From assembly GCA_001784175.1 (NCBI GenBank), contig MFPR01000023.1, positions 1 through 49,605 of the forward strand: 49,605 nt of DNA. Direction: 5' to 3'. The translations under genes and the position numbers were made by a program. Source of the stretch: Candidatus Lindowbacteria bacterium RIFCSPLOWO2_12_FULL_62_27 (lineage in GTDB: Bacteria; Lindowbacteria; 2-12-FULL-62-27). The notes under the pieces were generated by a model. It was not told the DNA's origin. It searched no databases and saw nothing but the letters and a program-made list of their open reading frames with translations. Each line of letters begins with the position of its first letter. Position 1 is the first letter of the stretch. This document shows, piece by piece, positions 1 to 9,739 of the stretch.

Positions 1-107
1 AACTTTTCCGATGCCGTTGGCAGTCTCATCTCACCTTGCACCAGATGATTATGACTCACAACCTCGAAAATTCACCCACAGGAAAACCGGAAGAGGCCCT
101 TTTTGGT

Positions 108-173
108 TGTCATTCCCGCGAAAGCGGGAATCCAGAGGCTGTATTCTGGACCCCTGTTTTCGCGGGGGTGACG
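108..173. repeat. REP-like palindromic dimer (CGTC-tagged / dRS3-like type)
   Basis: TGTCATTCCCGCGAAAGCGGGAATCCA (108-134, internal hairpin) followed by an inverted, diverged copy TGGACCCCTGTTTTCGCGGGGGTGACG (147-173). Confidence 0.8.
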
Positions 174-223
174 AGAATTACTACGGGAAGCAGAAATCAC
201 ATGACACCCAGACTGGAAACCCC

Positions 224-311
224 TTAACTACGAAAAGACGCGAAACAACGCGAAAGGGGTAAATTTTACTATGAAATTTTTCTCGAACTTTCACGCTCAA
301 TTCGTAGTTAA
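224..311. repeat. Inverted-repeat element with internal 10-nt periodic CGAAA units
   Basis: Perfect 11-bp inverted repeat TTAACTACGAA (224-234) / TTCGTAGTTAA (301-311); CGAAA recurs at 231, 241 and 251, with degenerate TTTCnCG mirror copies on the right arm. Confidence 0.6.
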
Positions 312-788
312 AATATCAATGTTTTTCCCTGGGTATGTAACTCCTTGCAACAGTAAGCGTCTTAATTCGTCGCCATGGGAGGTGTCACGTACACGGTGCC
401 ATGAGCGGATTGCGGTAGAATCTGTATCTGGGGGGGTTATGTTTTGAATCTCTGTTCCCGTCGGAGAGCCATCCCCTCCCGGGACCAGGGAGCGGCCGGG
501 CAGGGCCTCGGATTGGATGCCCGGGCGCCTAAGATTTGCTTTTTGTATATATCTAGGGCATACTTTTGTTTAATTAACAAAGTGCCGATATAACCTATTG
601 ATCCTGATTGAGGGGCAAGCGAGCGGGTGGTCAGCCTGACATTATAAGTGAATCGGGCTGAGTACGTTTGTGAGGGGAACCGTGTTGCTCGGACGGAAGA
701 GCGGGTCTTTCGTAAAAGGTCTGGGGATGGGAACGGGGATAGTCTTACCTGACGCCTTTCTTGTGATTTCAATCACAATAGTTGCCGG

Positions 789-3700
789 ATGAGGCTACTT
801 GTGTTTTTTTTATCTATAAAAACCAATAAGAGTTTCAGGGCCGCCGGATTTTTTACGAAATTTTCCGTTTGCCATCCTTTCTTCAGGCTGCTTCTGAAGA
901 CCACACAGATCGGTGTACTGACGGCTTTGTCCCTTGCGATCTTGGTCCAATCTTCCGCCGCGCTGGTTGGCGAGGGTGGGGACCTGAACCTGATTCAGAG
1001 CAACTGGACGGGCGGCGGGGACACGACTCGGGGGACGATCAGCAGTGTCGACTATGAGATCGTCACGACGGTCGGGTATATCGGCGGGGATACGGTCCTG
1101 AGCACCGCGACGCAGGAGACCGCCTTCACGGGCTTTTCGGCGACGCTGAATGCGCCGTTTCCGGACACTTACAAACTTCTCGAAATCACCGCGCCGGCCA
1201 CGGGGCATGAGACGAAGGTCGCGACGATCGTGATCTCCGGCACCAGCGTCCTTTCCATCAGCGACTCGATCATTGCCGTCGTGGACGGCGTGGAGGTCGA
1301 CACGAGCACGACCGACACGAGCGGCTCGTGGACGATCAGCTCCGTGTTGCTGAACGGCACGGACGACGATCTGATGGTGAAGATTCGTGACAAACAGACC
1401 GGCGAGATCCGCGCGCAGGACACGATCACAGTCACCTACGACGGCATCGCTCCCAAAGTCACCGCGATTGCGGACACGTCCGTCAAAAACGGTTCGAACA
1501 AGGGCCAGGTCGCCGCCACCGCCACCTTTTACATCGTCGACACGGGCGCCGGATTCAACGGCACCGGCTCCTGCACGCTCTACTGGCACTTCGACAGCGG
1601 GACCAACATCAATTTCACGGCCGTGGAGCCGAGCGGCTCTCCGGGCACGTACGTGATCGAGGGCACGATCCCGAACCCGGGCGTCGACACGAAAGTTGGA
1701 TTTTGGTGGGGCTGTCATGACGACGCTTTGAACATCATGACCGCGTCGTCTCTGACGCCGAAATATCTTGAATCCGATCCGGGGACGTACACGATCAAGG
1801 CGCCCGCGGCGGCCTCCGGAAATATGATCGCCGACACGCTCGTGATTTACGGGATCATCGACAGTTTCGACGCGACGACGTCTATTGAAGGCGTCATCCT
1901 GTATAATCCGACCGACAGGGCGTTCGATTTGAACGGTTATTCGATTCAGGGGTCCAACGAAAACGACGCGAGCGGATACGTCACTTTCGCGTCCGGGGAT
2001 ACGATTGCCGCCTTTGGATATTTTCTCGTTACGAGTTCGGCGGCAACCGATGCGGACAAAACGATGCCCGATGAGATTACGGATCCTGCCGGCGATTCGG
2101 TGGCGATCCATACCGCCACCGGAGCTCGAGTAGATCTCGTGGGAAATGGGGCCGCCACAGAATACGAGGGAACGGCTCCTACGGCCATGGCAACCAGCAA
2201 TGATGCTCTCATTCGGAAACCCTCTTACAATTTTGTCGGGCATGGACTCAGGCCGGCCGGGGGAGGCGGCGGGATGATCGACACCGACAACAACGCGAGC
2301 AACCTGATGGATGACACGACCCAAAACGGCAACGTGGCATGGCCGAATCGGAATAAGGGCATCACCGACCGGCTGGTGTTTGCCTGTACGGCTCCGACGA
2401 CCGCGGCGCAGAGCGCCAACTTCGGGCTGTCCTGCACTGCGGTGGTTCGATGGAAAGATGTCACGTCTCCGGATTCTGTGGCGAGGGCCTACACGGGATC
2501 GAGCGCTTGGGGAACGATCACGAGCGATGCGGGCACGGTCAACGGTCTGGGCGCCGACAGCTCCTTCACTAACGGCGTTCTCAACAATTATCAACTCAAC
2601 ATCAGCGCCACGCTCGGGACGGTGAGGATCACGATCGCGGACGCATACTGCACCGGGTACGTGGACGTCTACATCAACGCGTCCACGAACGACACCGTGA
2701 CGTTCGACGTGGCGTCGTCCGGCGCGACGCACGAGACCACCGCGGCCTCGGCGACGCTCTCGGGCAACACCGCCGCCGCGTCCGGCGATTCGGTCCAGAT
2801 TTACATCGACAACGTCGCCACCGATTCGCACGTTCTGACCGCCAACGGCGTCTGGAGCATCGTGAACGTGGACTTCAAGGACAAGACCGGCGAGAGCGTG
2901 GCCGCCTACGCGTTTGACGGCGGCGTTTTTCTCGGCGCCGACACGATCACGGTCCACTACGATGCCACCAAACCCCGGATCACGAAAATCGGGGACACCA
3001 CCATCGCGGACGGCGGCACGACCGCGGCCAGCGAGACGATGTTTTTCTACGTCTTTGACACAGGCACCGGCTTCAACAGCGCCGGAGGCTGTACCCTCTA
3101 CTGGCACGTGGACAGCGGCGCCAACACGAACTGGGCGGTGGCGACGGAAAACGACAGCGGCGGCACGGCGACGATCGAGGCGATGATTCCGGTGAGCACG
3201 TTCAATCCTCTCGTCGACACCAAAGTGGGGTTCTGGTGGGTGTGCCGGGACGATCTCGGGAACCTCATGGACTCGGCGTCGCTGTCGCCGTCCTACACCG
3301 ACGCGCGCCCGGGCACGTTCACGGTGGACGTCGCGAGCGTCCGGGACGTGATCATCAGCGAGATCATGTGGGATGGCGACAACAGCCAGGGCGATATGGA
3401 GTATGTGGAACTCTACAACCGCACCGGCGCGAGCGTCAGTCTGAACGGTTGGCGGCTGAGGGACGGTCATGGCACCGGTTCAACCGGATTTGACCTTCGA
3501 TTCGGCGCGGCGGACTCGATCCCCGCCTATTCCTACTACGTGATCTACCAAACGGGCGACGGCGACATCGGCGGCGCGGCGTTTACGGATATCTCAAGTC
3601 ACTTCGACACCACGCACAACGACTGGGACGGAGACAATGACTTGCTGCGCGCCGGCGATTCGCTGACGCTTTTCATCAACTCCACCGGCGTCGAGATCGA

Positions 3701-6700
3701 CTCGGCGCCGTTCTTGACGGGCTGGCCGGCCGGCGGATGGACGGGCACGAACGACACGAACGGCGTTTCGATGGAACGCAAAATGTCCGGCCTCAATTAC
3801 GCGACGGTCGGGTCGGGCGACTCCGAGGCCCAGTGGGACAGCCACAACATGCGCCACGGCAACGGCCGGCCGCATGGCACGCCCGGGCATGTGAACAGCA
3901 TCAACATTCCGAGCCTCACGTCGATCACGCCGAGGAGCCCGGTCGCGTCGTCCGGTCGCGGCAAGTGGACCCTGACGGTGACCAACGGCCGGGACGATTT
4001 TTCAGGCGGCCGCGTCGTTCTCAAAGTCCCGGCCGGCTGGAGCCAGCCGACCAGCACGGCCAACGATCCGGGGTATACGACCGTTTCGGTGAGCAACGGC
4101 ACGATCAACACGACGACGTTTTCCGGGGACAGCATGATCGTCGACCTGACCGCGTGGACGGCCCAGAGTGGAACGCTGGAAATCATCTACGGCGACAATG
4201 CCGGGGGCCGGAACTCTCTGGCGCGGGTGGCGTCGACCTCGAGCGCGACGCCGGTAGAGTTTCAGCTTTTTTATGACACCAGCGGCTCAGTCGTCACCAT
4301 GGCTGGCGACAGCGGGGTGTTTGGCGTGAAATCCGAGACGCTGCCGGTGGTTGAGTATGCCGCGGCGAATCTCCTGGGCGGGGCGATTGACACGAATCCG
4401 TCCGGCAATCCACGCAGTTTCATGAATTCGGAATATACGCTGACCATCACGCACACGGACACGCTGGGGCGCGTCATTTACGGCGCGCACGATTCGGTGA
4501 CGATCAAACCGTTTCTGACTTCGGCGACCGCCGCCTCGGATTCGCACGTGCACGAGGACGCCACGTTTGCCGGTTTCTACGATCCGACGAACAACGACAC
4601 GATTCAGGTCGGCGGGTGGACCGACGAGTACGGCCGGTTTCAGGCAACGCTCCATGTGAGTTCGATCGCCGGCAATGACGCGCAGCTCAACGAATTTCGC
4701 GTGTCATGGGGGGACAACAACAATTCCTCGACGGTTTCCGATTCCGCGCGGTTGCCGGTCCCGGTCATCAATGAAGTCGCGTGGGACGGTTCGGTGGAGT
4801 ATATCGAAGTCTACAACCCGACGCACCAGGTTCAAACGCTGACAGGATTCCAGATCATTTCGGTGAGCAACCTTACGGACAGCGCGACGGCGACCATAGA
4901 AGTCGGCGCCAGCGGCGGCTTCAATAGTGTCTTCAGCTTAAATCCATTTCACTATGTCGTCTTCGTGGATACCGCGGGCACGGCGCCGGACAGTGGCGGG
5001 CAGACCACGGATTCTCGAGAGATCGACGCAGTGACCTTGACCGACAACCCGGCTGAAACGCTGGTTCTACGAAATGCTTCAGCGTCATTTACGGATATGA
5101 TGGGCATTCTCGGCAACAGCGGATACTTCAATGACGCAGACAAAAGCGGGGGACCCGATGAGGGCGTCAGTTATTCGCTGGAGCGTGTCTTCACCAACCG
5201 GTCGGGCAACCAATCCGACAACTGGGCCAGTTCCGACTCGGCGCCCGGCGGAACCGGCGGAGCGGGGACATCCGGTCGGCCGAACGCGAAGTCTCTCTAC
5301 GCCACCCAAGTCGACCGTCTGGACACCGTCATCGGGCGGCCGAACGGGAGCACGATGGACACGGCCCGGGTCACGCTGATTCTGAAGATCGCATCCGGCG
5401 ACACGCAGCCGAACCAGCAGATCGGTGTGCAGGGCGCGATCGCCGAAGGGCCGCGGCACGGGGATTCGAGCTGGTATCTCGTCACGCCGTCCGTGACGAA
5501 CAGTCAGGGCACGGCGGCGATCACGATCTCGGCCAACGGCAACAACACCTCCGGCACGGTTCACATCCGGATCCGGCAGCCCTACGGGGTGACCGACAGC
5601 GCCTACATCGTATTCGACCGCGGCGAAAGCTTCGCCTACATCTTCCAGTCCAGCGAAACGAACATCTCCGACACGTCGGCGAAGAACGCGCTGGTGGTGT
5701 TCGTCAGTTTCAAGGACACCATTTCCGGCATCGACACGAGCATCATGCCGCAGTACCGCTGGAAGGTCGGCGTGAGCGGGACCTACACATCGTACGCGAA
5801 CATGACGTACCACACGGGCGACACGTATCTGGCCCGGATCGACATTTCGCCGGACACCTGGTCCAAAACCCCGCACGACACGATCTACTGGCAATACCTC
5901 TGGCGCGACCGCGCCGGGAACTGGGACACGTCGCCGACCGACGACTCGCGCACGGCCGACTACATCGACAACACGAAGGCTTTCGACACGATTTCCTCGC
6001 CGTCGGCGGGCGACACGCTGAGCGGCTCGAACGCGCTGGTGCGGCTCCTGATCGGCGATGGGGCACGGGACTACTGCACGATCACGGTCAAGTACGACAC
6101 GTACGCCTCAGGGCTCTGGACCAACGCGACGCTGGTGTCGGGATCGGACACCAAAACCAACCTGCGGACGACCCAGGGCGGCGACACGCTGGATTTGCGG
6201 TGGAACACCACGACCGATCTTTCCGGCACCACCATCGTGAGCGTCCGCCTGCGGGTCGAAATCTACGACGGATTCGACACGCGGACGGACACCACGAGCA
6301 ATTTCGGGATCGCCAACGCGACCGGCGCGAACGACCCGCCCTCCGATACGATCGCGCTTCCGGCGGACGGCGAGACCTACGCGGGGAGCGTGACCGTGCG
6401 ATTTTTCCTGGTCGACCCGGACAACCAGTACTGCACGGTGTCGATCCGGTATGCAAAGGACAGCGGGACGGCGTGGTTCCCCGCGACGATCACGGGATCG
6501 ACGAGCAACCTGTACGCGCCGTCGGCCGGGGACACGTTCACAGTCACGTGGAATTCCAAGACCGACCTCGTGGACACGAAAATCGCGAGCGTCAAACTCA
6601 GCGTCACGCCGAGCGACGGCACCGACACCGGCCCCGCCGACACCACGCTGGTGTTCGGGATCGACAATCAGAAACCGGGCGTGATCGACACGGTGACGGC

Positions 6701-7316
6701 CGCGGCGGACGTGGAGGGATCGGACACGGGGGTATACGTGTCGTGGAGCACGTCGTCCGCGTCAGATTCGAAGGGGTACAACATCTACCGATTCAGCGGG
6801 ACGGACAGCGCGCAGTCGTCGAAGGTAAACGTGGGCGTGATCACGGACACGTTCGGTTTCAAGGACTCGTCGGCGGTGCAGGGCGACACGAATTTCTATT
6901 ACGTCGTCGTCGTCGACACCTACGACAACCAGAGCGACAGCTCGATGTCGGCGGAGGCGCCGAACATCGATGTGGTGAAGGACGTGGGGGATTCGAGCAA
7001 CGCGAAGCGTCTGCGGCCCGGCGACACGGTTTCATTTTTGATCACGGTGCGGAACAACGGATTCGCGCCCGCGCGCGGTATCGTGCTGTACGACTACGTT
7101 CCGCAATTTTCCACCTACACCGAATCGGCGGCGGCCACCAGCCTCGAAAGCAACTGGACGATCGAATACCGCGTGGACGGCGCCGGCGGCTCGGACGTGT
7201 GGCAATCCGCGCTGTCCGACACCGCCACCATGCTCCGGTTCACCCGGTCGGCCCGGCTGGAACCGAAGGTTGCGACGGCGTCGGACACGCTGAGGATCAA
7301 GGTGAAAATCCAATAA
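789..7316 (+). CDS. Large secreted multidomain surface protein: three lamin-tail-like domains, Ig-like/FN3 modules, C-terminal DUF11-like domain
   Basis: 2175-aa ORF; hydrophobic signal-like stretch ending VQSSAA; LTD motifs VIISEIMWD..EYVELYN..SLNGWRL, PVINEVAWD..EYIEVYN and a degenerate EGVILYNPT..DLNGYSI; internal duplication (CTLYWH.DSG...VDTKVGFWW twice); C-terminal PNIDVVK..RPGDTVSFLITVRNNG..LYDYVP. Exact start uncertain (no clear SD, long n-region). Confidence 0.85.
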   Translation: MRLLVFFLSIKTNKSFRAAGFFTKFSVCHPFFRLLLKTTQIGVLTALSLAILVQSSAALVGEGGDLNLIQSNWTGGGDTTRGTISSVDYEIVTTVGYIGGDTVLSTATQETAFTGFSATLNAPFPDTYKLLEITAPATGHETKVATIVISGTSVLSISDSIIAVVDGVEVDTSTTDTSGSWTISSVLLNGTDDDLMVKIRDKQTGEIRAQDTITVTYDGIAPKVTAIADTSVKNGSNKGQVAATATFYIVDTGAGFNGTGSCTLYWHFDSGTNINFTAVEPSGSPGTYVIEGTIPNPGVDTKVGFWWGCHDDALNIMTASSLTPKYLESDPGTYTIKAPAAASGNMIADTLVIYGIIDSFDATTSIEGVILYNPTDRAFDLNGYSIQGSNENDASGYVTFASGDTIAAFGYFLVTSSAATDADKTMPDEITDPAGDSVAIHTATGARVDLVGNGAATEYEGTAPTAMATSNDALIRKPSYNFVGHGLRPAGGGGGMIDTDNNASNLMDDTTQNGNVAWPNRNKGITDRLVFACTAPTTAAQSANFGLSCTAVVRWKDVTSPDSVARAYTGSSAWGTITSDAGTVNGLGADSSFTNGVLNNYQLNISATLGTVRITIADAYCTGYVDVYINASTNDTVTFDVASSGATHETTAASATLSGNTAAASGDSVQIYIDNVATDSHVLTANGVWSIVNVDFKDKTGESVAAYAFDGGVFLGADTITVHYDATKPRITKIGDTTIADGGTTAASETMFFYVFDTGTGFNSAGGCTLYWHVDSGANTNWAVATENDSGGTATIEAMIPVSTFNPLVDTKVGFWWVCRDDLGNLMDSASLSPSYTDARPGTFTVDVASVRDVIISEIMWDGDNSQGDMEYVELYNRTGASVSLNGWRLRDGHGTGSTGFDLRFGAADSIPAYSYYVIYQTGDGDIGGAAFTDISSHFDTTHNDWDGDNDLLRAGDSLTLFINSTGVEIDSAPFLTGWPAGGWTGTNDTNGVSMERKMSGLNYATVGSGDSEAQWDSHNMRHGNGRPHGTPGHVNSINIPSLTSITPRSPVASSGRGKWTLTVTNGRDDFSGGRVVLKVPAGWSQPTSTANDPGYTTVSVSNGTINTTTFSGDSMIVDLTAWTAQSGTLEIIYGDNAGGRNSLARVASTSSATPVEFQLFYDTSGSVVTMAGDSGVFGVKSETLPVVEYAAANLLGGAIDTNPSGNPRSFMNSEYTLTITHTDTLGRVIYGAHDSVTIKPFLTSATAASDSHVHEDATFAGFYDPTNNDTIQVGGWTDEYGRFQATLHVSSIAGNDAQLNEFRVSWGDNNNSSTVSDSARLPVPVINEVAWDGSVEYIEVYNPTHQVQTLTGFQIISVSNLTDSATATIEVGASGGFNSVFSLNPFHYVVFVDTAGTAPDSGGQTTDSREIDAVTLTDNPAETLVLRNASASFTDMMGILGNSGYFNDADKSGGPDEGVSYSLERVFTNRSGNQSDNWASSDSAPGGTGGAGTSGRPNAKSLYATQVDRLDTVIGRPNGSTMDTARVTLILKIASGDTQPNQQIGVQGAIAEGPRHGDSSWYLVTPSVTNSQGTAAITISANGNNTSGTVHIRIRQPYGVTDSAYIVFDRGESFAYIFQSSETNISDTSAKNALVVFVSFKDTISGIDTSIMPQYRWKVGVSGTYTSYANMTYHTGDTYLARIDISPDTWSKTPHDTIYWQYLWRDRAGNWDTSPTDDSRTADYIDNTKAFDTISSPSAGDTLSGSNALVRLLIGDGARDYCTITVKYDTYASGLWTNATLVSGSDTKTNLRTTQGGDTLDLRWNTTTDLSGTTIVSVRLRVEIYDGFDTRTDTTSNFGIANATGANDPPSDTIALPADGETYAGSVTVRFFLVDPDNQYCTVSIRYAKDSGTAWFPATITGSTSNLYAPSAGDTFTVTWNSKTDLVDTKIASVKLSVTPSDGTDTGPADTTLVFGIDNQKPGVIDTVTAAADVEGSDTGVYVSWSTSSASDSKGYNIYRFSGTDSAQSSKVNVGVITDTFGFKDSSAVQGDTNFYYVVVVDTYDNQSDSSMSAEAPNIDVVKDVGDSSNAKRLRPGDTVSFLITVRNNGFAPARGIVLYDYVPQFSTYTESAAATSLESNWTIEYRVDGAGGSDVWQSALSDTATMLRFTRSARLEPKVATASDTLRIKVKIQ

Positions 7317-7330
7317 TGAGGAGGTCATCG

Positions 7331-8449
7331 GTGAGACACATCATGGCAATGAAGGCGTACATCGTACTGGGACTTCTAGGACTTCTGACCCCGGCTTACG
7401 GTCTGAGTTTTGACACCATTTACGAAACGCGTGTCGACACGCACGGCGTCTTGATCGTGTGGCAGACCGACACGGCTTCGAACGGCAACATCGAATATGG
7501 CCTCGGGACGGCCGACGCGAACCAGATGTCGATCGAGATGACGATGGCCCTGCAGCATCAGACGTCCATTTACGGGCTTCTCGAGGGCGAGGACTACATG
7601 TTCCGCATCCGCGCCCGGAGCCGGACCGGCGGACAGGCGCAAAGCCCGTGGCACCGGTTTCGGACGCTCGGGATACCGGCCCCGAAGATCCTGGAGGTTG
7701 CCGTGGTGGAGGCGACGCCGGAAGGCGGCACGCTGGTGTGGCGGTCCAACATCCCGACGCGGGGCACGTTCGAGTGCGGCTACGACACGTCCTACGGATT
7801 TCAACAGACCGACGACCGCTACGGGGCCGCCCACGAAGTGATCGTGAAGCGGTTCAATCCGCGCAAGACCATTCACTACCGTGTCCGGGCCGTGGACGAG
7901 CGAGGCCTGGAGGCGCCGGAGCACGCCGGCACGTTTGTGACGGCGGAACGCAACATCGCGGTGGGCGCGAAGGTAACGGGAACATTCACGCGGAACGTCG
8001 AGCCGTCCTACATCAAGGACACCCCGCCGATTCTGGACCGGGTGACCGACGGAGGGCTGGACTACTACACGGGGATGGCGTCGTCCGGCGATCCGAAAGA
8101 CGCGGACCAGTGGGTGGAAATCGATCTCGGAAAAATCGCATTCGTGTCGGACATCGTGACGATGTGGTGGCAGCTTGCGTATCCGAAAAAATTCTCCGTG
8201 AAACTCAGCCTGAACCGGGAAACCTGGCGGGCGCTGGGGGACACGTATGACGCCTCGACGGGCCAGACCGCGAAGAGCCGCAGCGGCGATCCGCTCTGGG
8301 AGCATTTCGCGCAAGCGGGCTCGGTCCTGGCGCGATACGTTCGGATCGACATTCCGCAGGGCGCGCCGTACGAGCGTCGGTTTCCGAAATTCAACTACGT
8401 CACGTTGTTCGAGCTGAAGGTTTATCCGCCGGAGGAAAAACATGATTAG
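7331..8449 (+). CDS. Secreted protein with two FN3-like domains and an F5/8 type C (discoidin) domain
   Basis: SD GAGGAGGT at 7318-7325 before GTG 7331 (alternative ATGs 7316/7343/7349); signal peptide ..LGLLGLLTPAYG; W.T......IEYG...H...GL....Y.FRIRA pattern twice; RNIA..VTDG..QWVEIDLG..ARYVRI..ELKVY discoidin signature. Confidence 0.85.
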   Translation: MRHIMAMKAYIVLGLLGLLTPAYGLSFDTIYETRVDTHGVLIVWQTDTASNGNIEYGLGTADANQMSIEMTMALQHQTSIYGLLEGEDYMFRIRARSRTGGQAQSPWHRFRTLGIPAPKILEVAVVEATPEGGTLVWRSNIPTRGTFECGYDTSYGFQQTDDRYGAAHEVIVKRFNPRKTIHYRVRAVDERGLEAPEHAGTFVTAERNIAVGAKVTGTFTRNVEPSYIKDTPPILDRVTDGGLDYYTGMASSGDPKDADQWVEIDLGKIAFVSDIVTMWWQLAYPKKFSVKLSLNRETWRALGDTYDASTGQTAKSRSGDPLWEHFAQAGSVLARYVRIDIPQGAPYERRFPKFNYVTLFELKVYPPEEKHD

Positions 8450-8487
8450 AGCATCCAGTCAACAAAGAGCGGTACTTCCAACCCTAT

Positions 8488-8511
8488 CGTCTGCCGTTCG
8501 GGCGGGCGTTT
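8488..8511 (+). promoter_or_regulatory. Intercistronic hairpin upstream of the 388-aa gene (weak terminator or mRNA processing/stability stem)
   Basis: CGTCTGCC-GTTCG-GGCGGGCG stem with two G-U pairs, followed by only three T. Confidence 0.4.
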
Positions 8512-8555
8512 CCATAGATCGCACAAACTCTTGCCTTTTGAAAGGAGGCAGATTT

Positions 8556-9722
8556 ATGTCACGTCAAAGTTTAAGCGTACTCGTGACGCTGCTTCTGATC
8601 GGCCTGTCGGCGATGCCGGCACTGGCCGTAGGAACCAGCGGCGACACGGCGTACATCTCGAATGGATTTTTCACCTACACCGACACGGTGCCCAACAGTT
8701 ACGGGCGTCTGTCGGTGGCGTACATGAAATCCCAGAACAGCGCGGATTCGAAGTACAAGGGTCCGTCTGCCGGCGACTCGGTGATTGTCGACACTGCGTG
8801 GGACATGACTCAGATTTACAATCTGACTCAGACGTCCGGCGCGGCGGGCGAGACCGTGTCGTTTGTACACTGGATTGAGAACATCGGAAATGCGACGGCT
8901 CGGATCGATTTCGAGACGCGGTTCATCACCGATGCCAACCTCAAGGACACGGACTGGGGGAGGGAGCGGTACACGATCTTCGGCGACGCCGACAAGGACA
9001 GCGCGGTCGACAACGGCGCCAATCGTGACACCACCTACATCCAGCTTCCCCCGGGAAGGTCCATCCAGATCATCGTGCAGGTGTCGATCCCTGACACGGC
9101 GGTGGATGGCGATTCGTCGCACATCATGCTGGCGGTGACGGACAACGCCGTCACGCTGGCGGATGGCGCCCAGGGCGACTCCTGGCAGGCCGGGACGATC
9201 CTGGCGAGCGGGGAGGACAGCCGCGACACGATGGTGGACACGGTGGTTGTTCAGGTCAAGGGACCGAACGTCATTGTGGAGAAGAACGTGTATGAGATGA
9301 CGGCCAACCGGTCTCGACCGGGTGACACCATTGTCTGCGACATCACGTTCGACAATGACGGTTCGGACTCTGCCCGGGGTCTTCAGATCATGGACGCGAT
9401 CCCGCAGTGGTCCTATTTCCAGAAGAACTCGGCAGAAAGCGGGATTTTTCTGGGCAACTCGGCGCAGACGCCGACTGCCACCGCCGACTCCGAGATCACC
9501 GTCCAGTATGACACGGACGCCGCCAGCATAAACGGCCGGGTGGAGTTCCTCGACACGTACGGCAACCACGCGGACACGAACAGGATCGTCACGGCGATCC
9601 GGTGGACGCTCACGACGTATGTCCGTGCCGGTGACGATGACGCGAACGGAACGGTCGAGTTTAACGACAACAACGCCACGGCGGACAACGGACGCGTGCA
9701 GTACCGCGTCGTCATCGAATAA
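8556..9722 (+). CDS. Secreted 388-aa DUF11-family protein, candidate major filament subunit
   Basis: Strong SD AAAGGAGG (8541-8548) before ATG 8556; 24-aa signal peptide ending PALA; mature N-terminus VGTSGDTAYISNGFFTY; central FVHWIENIGN domain; C-terminal VEK..RPGDTIVCDITFDNDG..IMDAIP DUF11-like domain. Confidence 0.85.
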   Translation: MSRQSLSVLVTLLLIGLSAMPALAVGTSGDTAYISNGFFTYTDTVPNSYGRLSVAYMKSQNSADSKYKGPSAGDSVIVDTAWDMTQIYNLTQTSGAAGETVSFVHWIENIGNATARIDFETRFITDANLKDTDWGRERYTIFGDADKDSAVDNGANRDTTYIQLPPGRSIQIIVQVSIPDTAVDGDSSHIMLAVTDNAVTLADGAQGDSWQAGTILASGEDSRDTMVDTVVVQVKGPNVIVEKNVYEMTANRSRPGDTIVCDITFDNDGSDSARGLQIMDAIPQWSYFQKNSAESGIFLGNSAQTPTATADSEITVQYDTDAASINGRVEFLDTYGNHADTNRIVTAIRWTLTTYVRAGDDDANGTVEFNDNNATADNGRVQYRVVIE

Positions 9723-9739
9723 GGACGGAGGAAAGCGAA

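Noticed and set aside
11-772. Small ORFs 11-262, 36-227 and 437-772
   Set aside because: They read through REP-like or AT-rich regulatory sequence and show no protein features.
6200-7330. First half of the 749-aa ORF
   Set aside because: Arg/His-rich off-frame shadow of the 2175-aa gene; the real gene starts near 7331.
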